Counted from the stretch's first letter, positions 45,020 to 54,255 are shown. The stretch is 64,000 nt of DNA from Polyangia bacterium (GCA_044222245.1 JBGANQ010000002.1:103667-167666); one strand, 5' to 3'. The notes: a model not told the origin generated them from the sequence alone. Program-made: numbers and translations.

Positions 45020-45230
45020 GCAGATTTATTTATATCACGCCGCAGCGGCTTTATGAGCGGCCGCAGCGGCTCCTAGGAGCAGATAGCTGTCCCGCGCAGC
45101 AGAGTACATGTGCTGGTACATGTCCCGGAACGCCGCCGCGCTCTGCTTGACCGCGCCGCGGCGAGGCGCGGCCCGGAGCCGGTGTAGGCAGCAGTAGGAC
45201 CGCGCCGCAAGAAGACATGACTGCCCTGGC

Positions 45231-46583
45231 TCAGGCGAAGCGGAACTGCAGGAGCTCTTCGACCCGCGCGAAGCGGGCGTACAGCTGCTCGCGAGTTGGC
45301 GCCGCCAGGTTCACGATGCAGTAGCGGTAGCTGCCGACATCCTGATCATGATCCGAGAGCCGCTCGCCCGGGGCGCACAAGATCTTGATGAGCGCCCCGG
45401 GGACCTGGCGCTCGACCTCGGCCAGCGCCGCCGCTTGCGGGATGGCAACGACCCGGGCATCGCTGAAGCGCCGCATGACGAAGCTTGCCGCCACCCGGTC
45501 GGCGCCGCTGCCGCGCGGCCAGTGCACCTTCTGACCGGTGGCCAGCTGCAGCTGCACCGCGAAGCTGCTCTTGCCATCGACGCGCTCGAACAGATCCGAG
45601 AACTGATAGGACATGCGCGGGTTGATCTCGATGATCGACAGCGCGTCGCGCTCTGCATCGTAGAACAGCTCGAGGTTGAAGCAGCTGTTATCAAAGCCCG
45701 AGCCCTCCATCACCCGGGTCGTGATGTCGATCATGCGCGCCTGCACCGCGGCCGGCAGGGAAGAGGGGTACTCGAAGCGGCGAAAGCTCATCGTGCCCGG
45801 ATACATGATCGAGTCGACGATGCCCATCACCGTGACGCGGCCGTCCTGGACAAAGCCATCGACCGTGACCTGCTGCCCGCGCAGCGGCCCCTCGGCGATG
45901 AAGGCGTGCGCCGGCACCGGCTGCGGGAAGTACGACCGCAGAAGCTGGGAGAACGGCCGCAGCAGCATCCACTGGCGCAGCTGCTCGTTGAAGGTCAGGC
46001 GCAGGGCGCGGCGCAGCTCGGGCGCGCTGTGGACCATCTGGGCGCGGATCGACATCGTGCCCTTGATCGGCTTGACGAAGCAGGGAAAGCCCAGGCCGTG
46101 TTCCCTGTGCGCGGCGCGCCCGTGCAGCACCTTGAAGGGCGGCGTCGCCTCGGGGACCAGCCGCTGCTGCAGCTGCCGGCTGTAGAACTTGTGGCTGAGA
46201 AGGACGATGTCGCGGGTGCGCGGACCGGGCAGGCCGAGGCCCTCGGCGATATAGGCGCCGAAGATGCAGCCGGGGTAGTCGCCGGTTCCCAGGATGCCGG
46301 CGATGCCGCGGTGGCGGTGGGCAGAGCTGACGCCGTCCAGGTAGCGATGGACGTTGAAGCGCAGCGCCTGCTGCAGGCCAAGCGAGTCGTAGAGCTCGTC
46401 GCAGCAGTGGATAAACTCGTACTGCTGCTGCAGCTGCGGCGCGGCCACCGCCGTCCGCTCCCAGTCGGTGGCGCAGACCACCAGGATGCGCTGCCGGGCT
46501 GCCCCCGCCGCCCCCGCGGCAGCCGGGCCGGAAGCGGAAGCGGAGGCGGAACCAGAGCCAGAAGCCGAGGCGCGGACAGTCAT
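45231..46583 (-). CDS. ATP-grasp family ligase
   Basis: From MTVRASASGSGS (ATG 46583, ATGA overlap with the upstream stop). CFVKPIKGTMSIRAQMV, AFIAEGPLRG.QVTVDGFV, and LSIIEINPRMS, typical of the ATP-grasp C-terminal lobe. Confidence 0.75.
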   Translation of the reverse strand: MTVRASASGSGSASASASGPAAAGAAGAARQRILVVCATDWERTAVAAPQLQQQYEFIHCCDELYDSLGLQQALRFNVHRYLDGVSSAHRHRGIAGILGTGDYPGCIFGAYIAEGLGLPGPRTRDIVLLSHKFYSRQLQQRLVPEATPPFKVLHGRAAHREHGLGFPCFVKPIKGTMSIRAQMVHSAPELRRALRLTFNEQLRQWMLLRPFSQLLRSYFPQPVPAHAFIAEGPLRGQQVTVDGFVQDGRVTVMGIVDSIMYPGTMSFRRFEYPSSLPAAVQARMIDITTRVMEGSGFDNSCFNLELFYDAERDALSIIEINPRMSYQFSDLFERVDGKSSFAVQLQLATGQKVHWPRGSGADRVAASFVMRRFSDARVVAIPQAAALAEVERQVPGALIKILCAPGERLSDHDQDVGSYRYCIVNLAAPTREQLYARFARVEELLQFRFA

Positions 46584-48352
46584 TGGACTCCCTGAAGTTG
46601 AGCGAGGGTTCCCAGCAGCGCCGCGAAGTAGCGCCGCTCGGGCGGGGCGAGCTGGAGCTGATTCCGATCCTCTAGATCCGATTCGACGCAGGTATCGCGG
46701 ATAAGATCCAGGGCGTACTTGCGCTCGCCCAGGAGCAGGCCGAGGCAGCTGCTGGTCGCGCGCGAGGGCTTGCCATCCCACAGCAGGTGGCAGAGCGCGC
46801 CGCGCGGGGCAAACAGCGAGCCGCCAAGGCCCGGCAGCAGCGGCGGCACGCCGACGAGATCGAGCACGGTCGGCAGGACATCAAAGTGGGTCGAGGACTC
46901 GGCGCGGCGCGGCGCGAGGCGCGGGTGCACGAGCAGCAGCGGCACGTTGAGCTGCTCGGCGCTCACCGCGCTGCCGTGCGAGAAGTAGCCCTGCTCGCCA
47001 AAGGACTGACCGTGATCCGAGCTGATGATGAGCAGCGGCGCCTCGGCTTCCCCGCGCTCGCGGGCGAGCGTACGCAGCGCCGCCCACAGCTCGCCAAACA
47101 GCGCGTCGGTCTCCTCGACTCCGTTGAGGAATCGTCCGCGATCCTCTGCGTGATCGTGGCGCGCGAACCGCGCCGGCTCGGCGACCCGATAGGGGACGTG
47201 GGTGTTGGCGGCGTGGACATGGAGGAAAAACGGTGCGTCGTCTTGCGGCAGCAGCTCGCGCAGCCGCGCAAGGCCGGCGTGCAGCAGCGCCCGGTCGGTG
47301 ACCTGGCCGCCGTCCTGCGGGTGCGGCGCCAGCTGCGGCGCATCGATGATGTGCTGGAACCCGGCGTGCTGCAGGATCGCCGCCAGGCCATAGTGGCCGG
47401 TCACCGCGGTGGTCAGATAAAGGGTCTTGTAGCCGGCGCCGCGCAGCGCCGCCAGGCTCCACGGCGGCGGCGGGGCGGCGGGGCGGCTGGAGTAAAGGGC
47501 GGTGTGCGCGAGGTTGGTGAGCGGCGCCAGACAGAAGTGGTGACGCGAGGTCACCGCGCCTTTGCGCAGCGAGTCGAGAAACGGTGTCCGCGCCCGCGCC
47601 CGGTCGTCACCGCGCCACCCCGCAAGGTGCGCCGCGCCGAGCGACTCGAACGTGAGCAGCACCACCGAGCTGCCGCGCAGCAGGCCGTGCACGGCGCTCG
47701 GCGGCGGCATAAAGGGGCGCTGCGCGAGCAGGGCGGCGTGCTCGGGCCGCGGGCAGAAGTCCGGCGGGATGAGCGGCCGGCGGGGGCGCAGGAAGTCATG
47801 CAGCAGCGCCCGCCGCACCGCCGCGCCGCGCTCCGGGCAGGCGGCCGGCGCTCGCCGTCCAAGTGAAGGGATGAGGTAGGCGAGCAGCGCCAGCCCAAGC
47901 GCCAGCTGCAGGCGCAGGTGGTGGGGAAAAAGGAGTCCGAGATGGGTCACCAAGACCGCGACCGGCAGCAGGGCGAAGGCGCGCTCGGTGCGGAAGAAGT
48001 CGCGGGCGCGGCTCATCTGCACCACCTCGCGGTAGAGGTTGGACAGGACCACGCTGCCCACCCCACCGCTGCCGAGCTCGAAGGTGAAGATGCGGAACAG
48101 CGCCGCGTCGAGCCACAGCAGAAAGCCGAGCAGCGTCACCAGCGCCACCGCCGCCGCCGCGCCGAGCGGATGCAGCGCACAGAGCCCCGCGCAGAAAAGC
48201 CCGCCGAGCGCCGCGCCGCCCCAGTCGCCCCAGGTGGTGGGCAAAGAGCGCGGCGCGTGCGCATACTTTACCTGCCGCAGCCAGCGGATGAGCAGGCCGT
48301 GCAGGAGCCCCAGCGCCCCGGCGCGCAGCCCCAGCGTCAAGAGCGCCGTCAC
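46580..48352 (-). CDS. Polytopic membrane protein with an alkaline-phosphatase-superfamily (LTA synthase / phosphoethanolamine- or phosphoglycerol-transferase-like sulfatase) domain
   Basis: About five N-terminal TM helices, then SVVLLTFESLGAAHL, HVHAANTHVPY and LLIISSDHGQSFGEQGYFSHGS. Confidence 0.8.
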   Translation of the reverse strand: MTALLTLGLRAGALGLLHGLLIRWLRQVKYAHAPRSLPTTWGDWGGAALGGLFCAGLCALHPLGAAAAVALVTLLGFLLWLDAALFRIFTFELGSGGVGSVVLSNLYREVVQMSRARDFFRTERAFALLPVAVLVTHLGLLFPHHLRLQLALGLALLAYLIPSLGRRAPAACPERGAAVRRALLHDFLRPRRPLIPPDFCPRPEHAALLAQRPFMPPPSAVHGLLRGSSVVLLTFESLGAAHLAGWRGDDRARARTPFLDSLRKGAVTSRHHFCLAPLTNLAHTALYSSRPAAPPPPWSLAALRGAGYKTLYLTTAVTGHYGLAAILQHAGFQHIIDAPQLAPHPQDGGQVTDRALLHAGLARLRELLPQDDAPFFLHVHAANTHVPYRVAEPARFARHDHAEDRGRFLNGVEETDALFGELWAALRTLARERGEAEAPLLIISSDHGQSFGEQGYFSHGSAVSAEQLNVPLLLVHPRLAPRRAESSTHFDVLPTVLDLVGVPPLLPGLGGSLFAPRGALCHLLWDGKPSRATSSCLGLLLGERKYALDLIRDTCVESDLEDRNQLQLAPPERRYFAALLGTLAQLQGVQ

Positions 48353-48394
48353 AGTCGTGGACCTGGACCTGGGCCGCGGACACAGCTGCGCATG

Positions 48395-48979
48395 TCAGCC
48401 GGTCAGCGGCGCCGCCGGACGCGGTCGCAGGAAGTTCCGAAAGTAGCTGCGTACATAGCCCAGGTTGACCAGCAGCAGCGCCGCCGCCGCCAGCCGCGGC
48501 ACTCCCCGCCGGACCAGCCACAGCGAGCAGCCGAGCACGAGCAGCGCCTCGAGCAGCGCCACCTGCTTGCCGTAAAAGCGCGGGTCCCAGTAGGAAAACG
48601 GACTGATGAAGCGGTACTGGCTAAACGGCAGGAAGTGGCGATGGGCATCGATCGCGTGCAGCGGAAAGTCGGCCGCCGCGTGCAGCGTCACGCTGGCGAA
48701 GAACGCCGCGAGCGCCGGCCAGCCGGCCAGCCAGCCGAGCCCCGCGCCGATGAGCGAGAGCGGAATCGAGTGGCCGCCGTGAATGATCGCCAGCCAGTAG
48801 CGGTTCTGGTAGCAGACCGCCCAGATCGTCTCTTCGGGAGTGCCGCGCAGGCGCTCGATGAGATATAGGATCACGATCGGCAGATCCGGCAGGACCGCCC
48901 CGGCCAAGACCGCGCCCTCATGCCCGACGATGCAGCCGAGCGTGGCGAGGTTTACCACCGCGTGTCCGGGAGTGTGCAT
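48395..48979 (-). CDS. His-rich polytopic membrane protein, possibly a membrane-bound metal-dependent hydrolase (YdjM/DUF457-like)
   Basis: MHTPGH.., LPDLP, IIHGGHS and LHAAADFPLHAIDAHRH motifs within hydrophobic segments. The family call is tentative. Confidence 0.45.
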   Translation of the reverse strand: MHTPGHAVVNLATLGCIVGHEGAVLAGAVLPDLPIVILYLIERLRGTPEETIWAVCYQNRYWLAIIHGGHSIPLSLIGAGLGWLAGWPALAAFFASVTLHAAADFPLHAIDAHRHFLPFSQYRFISPFSYWDPRFYGKQVALLEALLVLGCSLWLVRRGVPRLAAAALLLVNLGYVRSYFRNFLRPRPAAPLTG

Positions 48980-48985
48980 GACCGG

Positions 48986-49939
48986 CTAGCCCGCGCGCAA
49001 AAGGCTCTGGGCGAACGGCCACTCCGGATCGACCCACTGCTGCTCGCAGACAAAGCCGCTGCGCTGCGCCATGGCGATGATCTCGGACAGCTCGTACTTG
49101 TAGGAGTCTTCGGTCTTGATGGTCTCGCCGGCCTGGAACTGGACGCGCAGCGCCGCCTTGGGAATTTTGACCTCCATCGCCTCGCGCGCCTGCAGGTGCA
49201 TCTCGATCCGGCGGTCGCTGGTGTTCCAGCGCGCTACGTGGTCGAAACGCTTGAGATCGAAGTCGCCGCCGAGCTCGCGGTTGATGCGGCACAGGACGTT
49301 CTTGTTGAAGGCCGCTGTCACCCCGGCGGTGTCATCATACGCGCTGAGCAGCGCCGCCTCCGGCTTTACCAGATCGGCGGACAGGAACAGGTGATCGCCG
49401 GGGAGTAGGATCTCGCGGATGCCGCGCAGGAACGCCTCCCCCTGCTGCCGATCGAAGTTGCCGATGGTGCTGCCGAGAAACAGGATGAGCAGGTGGTTGC
49501 CCGGCGGCCGGCGCGCCGCGACCTCGCGCAGTCCAGCCAGGTACTCCAGGTTCAGGCCGACGATCTCCATCGCGCCGAGCTCGGCCAGCTCGCCGAGCTC
49601 GCGCGCGCACTGGGCGAGCGCGGCAGCAGAGATGTCGATCGGGAAGTAGACGGTGGGCTGGCGGCGGGCGAGCGGCTCAAGGATGAGCCGGGTCTTCTTG
49701 CTCGTTCCGCTGCCAAGCTCGGCCACGGTCACCGGGGCCGGCAGGCGCTCGACCCACTGCGCCGCGTGCTGCTTGAGCAGCCGCGCATCGGCGCGCGTCA
49801 GGCCGTACTCGGGCACCACACAGATGACCTCGAAGAGCGCCGAGCCGACCTCGTCATAGAGGTACTTTGAGGGGAGTTCTTTCTGTCCGGAGCGGGCAAG
49901 TCCGGCGTGCAGGTCTTGGACGAAGTTTGGCTCTTCCAT
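48986..49939 (-). CDS. egtD: EgtD-type L-histidine N-alpha-methyltransferase (hercynine synthase-like)
   Basis: KELPSKYLYDEVGSALFEVICVVPEYGLTRADARLL, VAELGSGTSKKTRLIL, YFPIDISAAAL, LFLGSTIGNF, GDHLFLSADLVK, FNKNVLCRINRELG and IKTEDSYKY. The start ATG 49939 is uncertain because GGAG abuts it; the track ORF extends to 50014. Confidence 0.8.
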   Translation of the reverse strand: MEEPNFVQDLHAGLARSGQKELPSKYLYDEVGSALFEVICVVPEYGLTRADARLLKQHAAQWVERLPAPVTVAELGSGTSKKTRLILEPLARRQPTVYFPIDISAAALAQCARELGELAELGAMEIVGLNLEYLAGLREVAARRPPGNHLLILFLGSTIGNFDRQQGEAFLRGIREILLPGDHLFLSADLVKPEAALLSAYDDTAGVTAAFNKNVLCRINRELGGDFDLKRFDHVARWNTSDRRIEMHLQAREAMEVKIPKAALRVQFQAGETIKTEDSYKYELSEIIAMAQRSGFVCEQQWVDPEWPFAQSLLRAG

Positions 49940-50096
49940 CTCCGGAGTCTTTATCCTAACTGTCGCCAGGCGGCGCGGCGCCGCTGCCGCTCGGCAGACT
50001 GAGGCTTGCGGCAAGGCGGCCGCGGCGCAGAATCCAAGTTGAGTCGAGCGGCGATTCTACGTCGAGTGGCGGCGGAAGGCAAGCGTTGTGCGCGGC

Positions 50097-50187
50097 GGAC
50101 CAGGCACGGTCCGGGCATGGTCCGGGCATGGTCCGGGCATGGTCCGGCCGTAGACCAGCCATGGTCCGGGACTGTCGCACTAGGTCC
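50097..50187. repeat. Cluster of GGTCC/GGACC motifs, including GGTCCGGGCAT x3.7 in perfect tandem
   Basis: GGACC at 50097. GGTCCGGGCAT at 50108, 50119 and 50130. GGTCCGGC at 50141, GGTCCGGG at 50163 and GGTCC at 50183. Confidence 0.9.
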
Positions 50188-50236
50188 GACCGCAACGCGC
50201 TTGGTTTTCGCCAGGCGTTTCGCTAGCATGCAAGGG

Positions 50237-50986
50237 ATGGTTCTTATTGCCGGGGTCTCCAAGCGCTTTGCCGAGAAGCCGGTGCTCACCGCGGTGCAGC
50301 TGCAGCTCGCGCCCGGTCGGACCCATGTGCTGCTCGGCTGCAGCGGCAGCGGCAAGACGACCCTTTTGCGCATGATCGCCGGCACGCTCGCCCCCGACTG
50401 CGGAACCATCACCGTCGATGGGGTGAGCGTCGAGGTCCGCGACCCCTGCCTGCTGGCCGATCGCCTCGGCTACATGACGCAGGAGGGCGGCCTGTTTCCT
50501 CACCTGCGGGCCGCCGATAACATCAGCCTGGTCGCCCGCGTGCGCGGCTGGAAGCCGGCGCGCCTTGCCGCCCGCCTTGATGAGCTTACCGCCGTGGTCG
50601 GTCTGGAGGCGGGCCTGCTGCAGCGCTATCCGGCGCAGCTCAGCGGTGGCCAGCGGCAGCGTGTGGCGCTGATGCGGGCGCTGTTCCTCAACCCTCCTTA
50701 CATACTCCTTGATGAGCCGCTCGGCGCCGTCGATCCGATCATCCGCCGCGAGCTGCAGGAGACGCTCAAGCGCATCTTCAGCGCGCTCCACAGCACGGTC
50801 ATCCTGGTCACTCATGATGTCGGGGAGGCGGCGTTTTTCGGCGATACGATCACGCTCCTTCATCAGGGGCTCGTCCTGCAGCACGGCAGCTTCGCCGATC
50901 TGGCGCTGCGGCCGGCGCACCCCTACGTCAGCGAGTTCCTGATGGCGCAGCGGCCGGTGCCGCAGCTGGGAATCCTTAGCGCATGA
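50237..50986 (+). CDS. ABC transporter ATP-binding protein (osmoprotectant/betaine-type by context)
   Basis: MVLIAGVSKRF.., Walker A GCSGSGKTT, signature LSGGQRQRVALMRAL, Walker B ILLDEP. ATG 50237 lies 7 nt after TAGCAT; ATG 50228 is an alternative start. Confidence 0.85.
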   Translation: MVLIAGVSKRFAEKPVLTAVQLQLAPGRTHVLLGCSGSGKTTLLRMIAGTLAPDCGTITVDGVSVEVRDPCLLADRLGYMTQEGGLFPHLRAADNISLVARVRGWKPARLAARLDELTAVVGLEAGLLQRYPAQLSGGQRQRVALMRALFLNPPYILLDEPLGAVDPIIRRELQETLKRIFSALHSTVILVTHDVGEAAFFGDTITLLHQGLVLQHGSFADLALRPAHPYVSEFLMAQRPVPQLGILSA

Positions 50987-52521
50987 GACCGCCCGCGCGG
51001 CTGCTCGGCGGCGCCCTCCTGCTTGTGCTGGCGACCCTGGCCAGCGGCGCCGCCGCGGCGCCCGGGCGGAGTCTTTCTGCCGGCGTCATTCGCGTCGCCT
51101 CCAAGCCGTTTACCGAGAGCTACATCCTGTCCGAGATGGTCGCTCAGCTCATCGAGGATGTGGGCGAGGCGAGCGCCGAGCGCCGCTTCGGACTCGGCGG
51201 TCCCAACCTGGTGGTCGAGGCGCTGCGCAGCGGCGAGGTCGACGTCGACGTAAACTACACCGGCGCCCTGCTTCACCTTTTCCTCAAGGACCGCAGCACC
51301 GCCACGATCGACGAGCTGCGCGCCGAGCTGCACCGCCAGGGCCTGGCGCTCGGCGGCTCGCTGGGATTTAACAACACCTACGCGATTGCGGTGCGGCGCC
51401 AGACCGCGGAGGAGCTGCACCTGCGCCAGGTCAGCGACCTGCGCGGACACCCCGAGCTGCGCGGCGCCTTCACCGCCGACTTCCTCAACTACGACGACGG
51501 CTTCTACAAGCTGCAGGAGGTCTACGGGGTCGCCCTGAGCGCGGTCAAGCCGATGCAGCACGCCCTTGCCTACCGCGCCTTGCACAGCGGCGAGATCGAC
51601 CTCACCGACGCCTACACCACCGATGGGACGCTGCCGCAGTTTGACCTGACCCTGCTGCAGGATGACCGCGACTTTTTCCCCAAGTACCTCGGGGTGGTCG
51701 TCGCCCGTCTCGAGCTCGTACAGCGCTACCCGGCAAGCTGGGCGGCGCTGCGGCGCCTGGATGGCCAGCTGGACGAGGCGACGATGATCAGCCTCAACGC
51801 CGGGGTCGACAACAAGCTGCGCTCGGTGGAAGAGACGGCGCGCACGTTCCTGCGCTCGCGCGGCCTGCTGCACCGCTCCGCAGCGGGCACCGCGATGGCG
51901 CGAGGCTCGGTCCTGGACTCTGGGCTGGCGGTCGCTACCTACGAGCACTTCACCCTGGTCTTGATCTCGCTGCTCCTGTCCTGTTTGCTCGGTGTTCCGC
52001 TTGGCATCATCGCCTTTGAGTACCGCAAGCTCGGGCAGGTGCTGGTCGCCGCGACCGGGCTTTTGCAGACCATTCCTTCGCTGGCGCTGCTCTGCTTCCT
52101 GATTCCGCTGCTCGGCATTGGCGCGCTGCCGACGATCTTCGCGCTGTTCATCTACGGACTCCTGCCCATTGCCCAAAGTACAATCTCGGGTCTGCAGTCT
52201 CTGGACAAGCGGCTCCTTGAGACAGCGCGGATCCTCGGCCTTACCCGCATGCAGCGGCTGCGCCTTATCGAGCTGCCGCTCGCCTCAATCAGCATCCTGG
52301 GCGGCATAAAGACGGCGGCAGTGATAAACGTCGCCACCGCGACCATCGCCGCGCTCATCGGCGCCGGTGGGTATGGCGGCTACATCACCCGCGGTCTGGC
52401 CATGAATGATCTGCCGACGATCTTAAAGGGCGCGATTCCTACCGCGCTCATGGCGGTCGGCTTTCACGGCATCTTCGAGCTCCTGGGCCGCTTCCTGATC
52501 CCCGAGGGGCTGCGCAGCTAA
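50983..52521 (+). CDS. Fused substrate-binding (OpuAC/OpuBC-like glycine-betaine family) and permease ABC subunit
   Basis: The N-terminal half reads VIRVASKPFTESYILSEMVAQLIE..DVNYTGALL..TDAYTTDG. The C-terminal half has 5-6 TM helices with an EAA-like loop (LETARILGLTRMQRLRLIELP). ATGA overlap with the ATPase gene. Confidence 0.85.
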   Translation: MRPPARLLGGALLLVLATLASGAAAAPGRSLSAGVIRVASKPFTESYILSEMVAQLIEDVGEASAERRFGLGGPNLVVEALRSGEVDVDVNYTGALLHLFLKDRSTATIDELRAELHRQGLALGGSLGFNNTYAIAVRRQTAEELHLRQVSDLRGHPELRGAFTADFLNYDDGFYKLQEVYGVALSAVKPMQHALAYRALHSGEIDLTDAYTTDGTLPQFDLTLLQDDRDFFPKYLGVVVARLELVQRYPASWAALRRLDGQLDEATMISLNAGVDNKLRSVEETARTFLRSRGLLHRSAAGTAMARGSVLDSGLAVATYEHFTLVLISLLLSCLLGVPLGIIAFEYRKLGQVLVAATGLLQTIPSLALLCFLIPLLGIGALPTIFALFIYGLLPIAQSTISGLQSLDKRLLETARILGLTRMQRLRLIELPLASISILGGIKTAAVINVATATIAALIGAGGYGGYITRGLAMNDLPTILKGAIPTALMAVGFHGIFELLGRFLIPEGLRS

Positions 52522-52576
52522 GCCGCCCTCGCGCCGCCCAGCAGGCCGCAGCTGCCGTCGGAGAGACGGACAAACA

Positions 52577-52605
52577 TTTACAAATTCCGTCTGGTAGCGC
52601 TTAAT
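52577..52605 (+). promoter_or_regulatory. Sigma70-like promoter TTTACA-N17-CTTAAT upstream of the split kinase gene
   Basis: Read directly from a locally AT-rich stretch. AAGAGG lies 7 nt before TTG 52625. Confidence 0.35.
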
Positions 52606-52624
52606 GATACGGTAAGAGGTCGTT

Positions 52625-53036
52625 TTGGTCGGCACGCAGATCGGTGTCTATAAGATCACGCACCTGCTCGGTGAAGGTGGGATGGGCACTGTCTACGAGG
52701 CAGTGCATGAGCAGCTTGGTAAGCGGGTTGCGATCAAGGTCTTGCGCAACGATATGGCGCGCAATTCCGAGGGCTTGACGCGCTTTTTCAACGAGGCCCG
52801 AGCGGTCAATTTGATCGAGCACCCGGGGCTGGTGCAGATCTTCGAGTTCGGCGAGCTGCCGAGCGGCAGCGCCTATCTGGTGATGGAGCACCTGCAAGGC
52901 GAGACCCTGAGCGCGCGCCTGAAGCGGCGCGGCCAGCTGCCAGAGCCCGAGGCGCTGTACCTGTGCTACCAGCTGGCCGCGATCCTGGCCGCCGCCCACG
53001 AGCGCGGCATCGTCCATCGGGACCTCAAGCCGAGTA
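52625..53036 (+). pseudogene. 5' fragment of an interrupted Ser/Thr kinase gene (subdomains I to VIb)
   Basis: YKITHLLGEGGMGTVYEAV..VAIKVL..YLVMEHLQG..GIVHRDLKPS. After 53036 the frame continues as nonsense that is antisense to the next gene. Confidence 0.85.
53028..53036 (+). repeat. Core copy 1 (left junction), AGCCGAGTA, inside GGACC-N13-GGTCC
   Basis: GGACC 53020-53024 and GGTCC 53038-53042. Confidence 0.9.
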
Positions 53037-53106
53037 CGGTCCAGCCGTGGGTGACCGCCGGCCCGGCGATCCGTGGCAGGGGCGCAGGAGGGACTTGGCG
53101 GCGCCC

Positions 53107-54255
53107 TCAGAAGCGGAACAGACCGACGAACGCCGGCGAGCCGACTCCCACGATCGGGCTGCCGAGGGCGGTCAGCTTGCCCGCCTTATCGATGCGGAAC
53201 ACCACCAGGTTGCCCAGGTTGGGCGTGGCCGCGGTGCGCTGGTTGGCGACCACAAGCAGGGTGCCGGTGTCGTCCACCGCGAAGCTGCGCGGGACCTGAC
53301 CGCGCGTCGGCTCGTTGCCGATCAGGGTGACCACACCAGTGGCCGCGTCCAGGGTGAAGATCGCGATCGCATCCAGGCCGCGGTTGGAGCCGTAGACAAA
53401 GCCGCCGCTTGGGTGGACGGCGAGCTCGGCGCCGGTGTTGTTGGTGGTGTTGCCGGCGGGCAGGGTGGACACGGTGGCTTGCGGCGAGAGCCTGCCGGCG
53501 GCGGCGTCGTAGGCGTAGGTGGTCAGGGTGCTGGCGGTCTCGTTGAGGCCGAAGGCCCACTTCTGGCTGGGGTGAAAGGCCAGGTGGCGCGGCCCGGCGG
53601 CCGCCGGCGGGCTGACCGCGGGCGGCGTGTTGGCGGTCAGCTTGCCGCCGGAAAAGCTGTACTGGGCGATGAGGTTGGCGCCCAGGCAAGGGACAAAGGC
53701 GTAGGCGCCGCTGGCGCTCGGGACCACCTGGTGCGCCTTGGCCCCCGGCGACTTGGTGTCGCTGGCGGCGCCGAGCGAGCCGTCCCCGAGCACCGGGAAC
53801 ACGGCGACCGAGCCGCCGCCATAGTTTGCCACCAGCACCGCGTCGCCCCCCGGACTGACCGCGACGTGCGCCGGTCCCGCCCCGAGCGTGCCGGTCTTGC
53901 CGCGCGCCGTGAAGCCGGCGGTGCGCGGGTCGAAGCCGAACGCCAGCACCTCGGAGCTGTTCTCATCCACCGCGAACACCCGCGCGCGCTGGGTGTCCAC
54001 GGCGAGGAACGAAGGGTTTGTCCCCGCCGCCGTCGCGCCCTTCAGGGTGAGCGTCCCCGCCGCCACATCGACCAAGAAGGCGCGGAGCTGCCCGTCGCTC
54101 GAGCCGGTGAGCGCGTACACCGGCCCAGGCGCTGCTGCCGCGTCCACCGCCGTCGCCCCGTCCGGCGTGCCGCCGTCTACGGGCGGCGAGCTGCTGCTCG
54201 TCTGCGAGCAGCCTAGGGTCGCCCACAACATCGTGACCAAGATTGGAAGTCGCAC
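53107..54255 (-). CDS. Lipoprotein, 7-bladed beta-propeller lactonase family (6-phosphogluconolactonase-like)
   Basis: GTG 54255 and lipobox LGC. LVANYGGGSVAVF, PRHLAFHPS, ELAVHPSGGFVYGSNRG and PRSFAVDDTGTLLVVANQ. Confidence 0.75.
   Translation of the reverse strand: MRLPILVTMLWATLGCSQTSSSSPPVDGGTPDGATAVDAAAAPGPVYALTGSSDGQLRAFLVDVAAGTLTLKGATAAGTNPSFLAVDTQRARVFAVDENSSEVLAFGFDPRTAGFTARGKTGTLGAGPAHVAVSPGGDAVLVANYGGGSVAVFPVLGDGSLGAASDTKSPGAKAHQVVPSASGAYAFVPCLGANLIAQYSFSGGKLTANTPPAVSPPAAAGPRHLAFHPSQKWAFGLNETASTLTTYAYDAAAGRLSPQATVSTLPAGNTTNNTGAELAVHPSGGFVYGSNRGLDAIAIFTLDAATGVVTLIGNEPTRGQVPRSFAVDDTGTLLVVANQRTAATPNLGNLVVFRIDKAGKLTALGSPIVGVGSPAFVGLFRF

Noticed and set aside
50108-50148. The 11-bp tandem repeat as a CRISPR-like or minisatellite array
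   Set aside because: The units are contiguous with no spacers and far too short for CRISPR repeats, and no cas genes are present. I treat it as a regulatory or slippage-prone tandem repeat instead.
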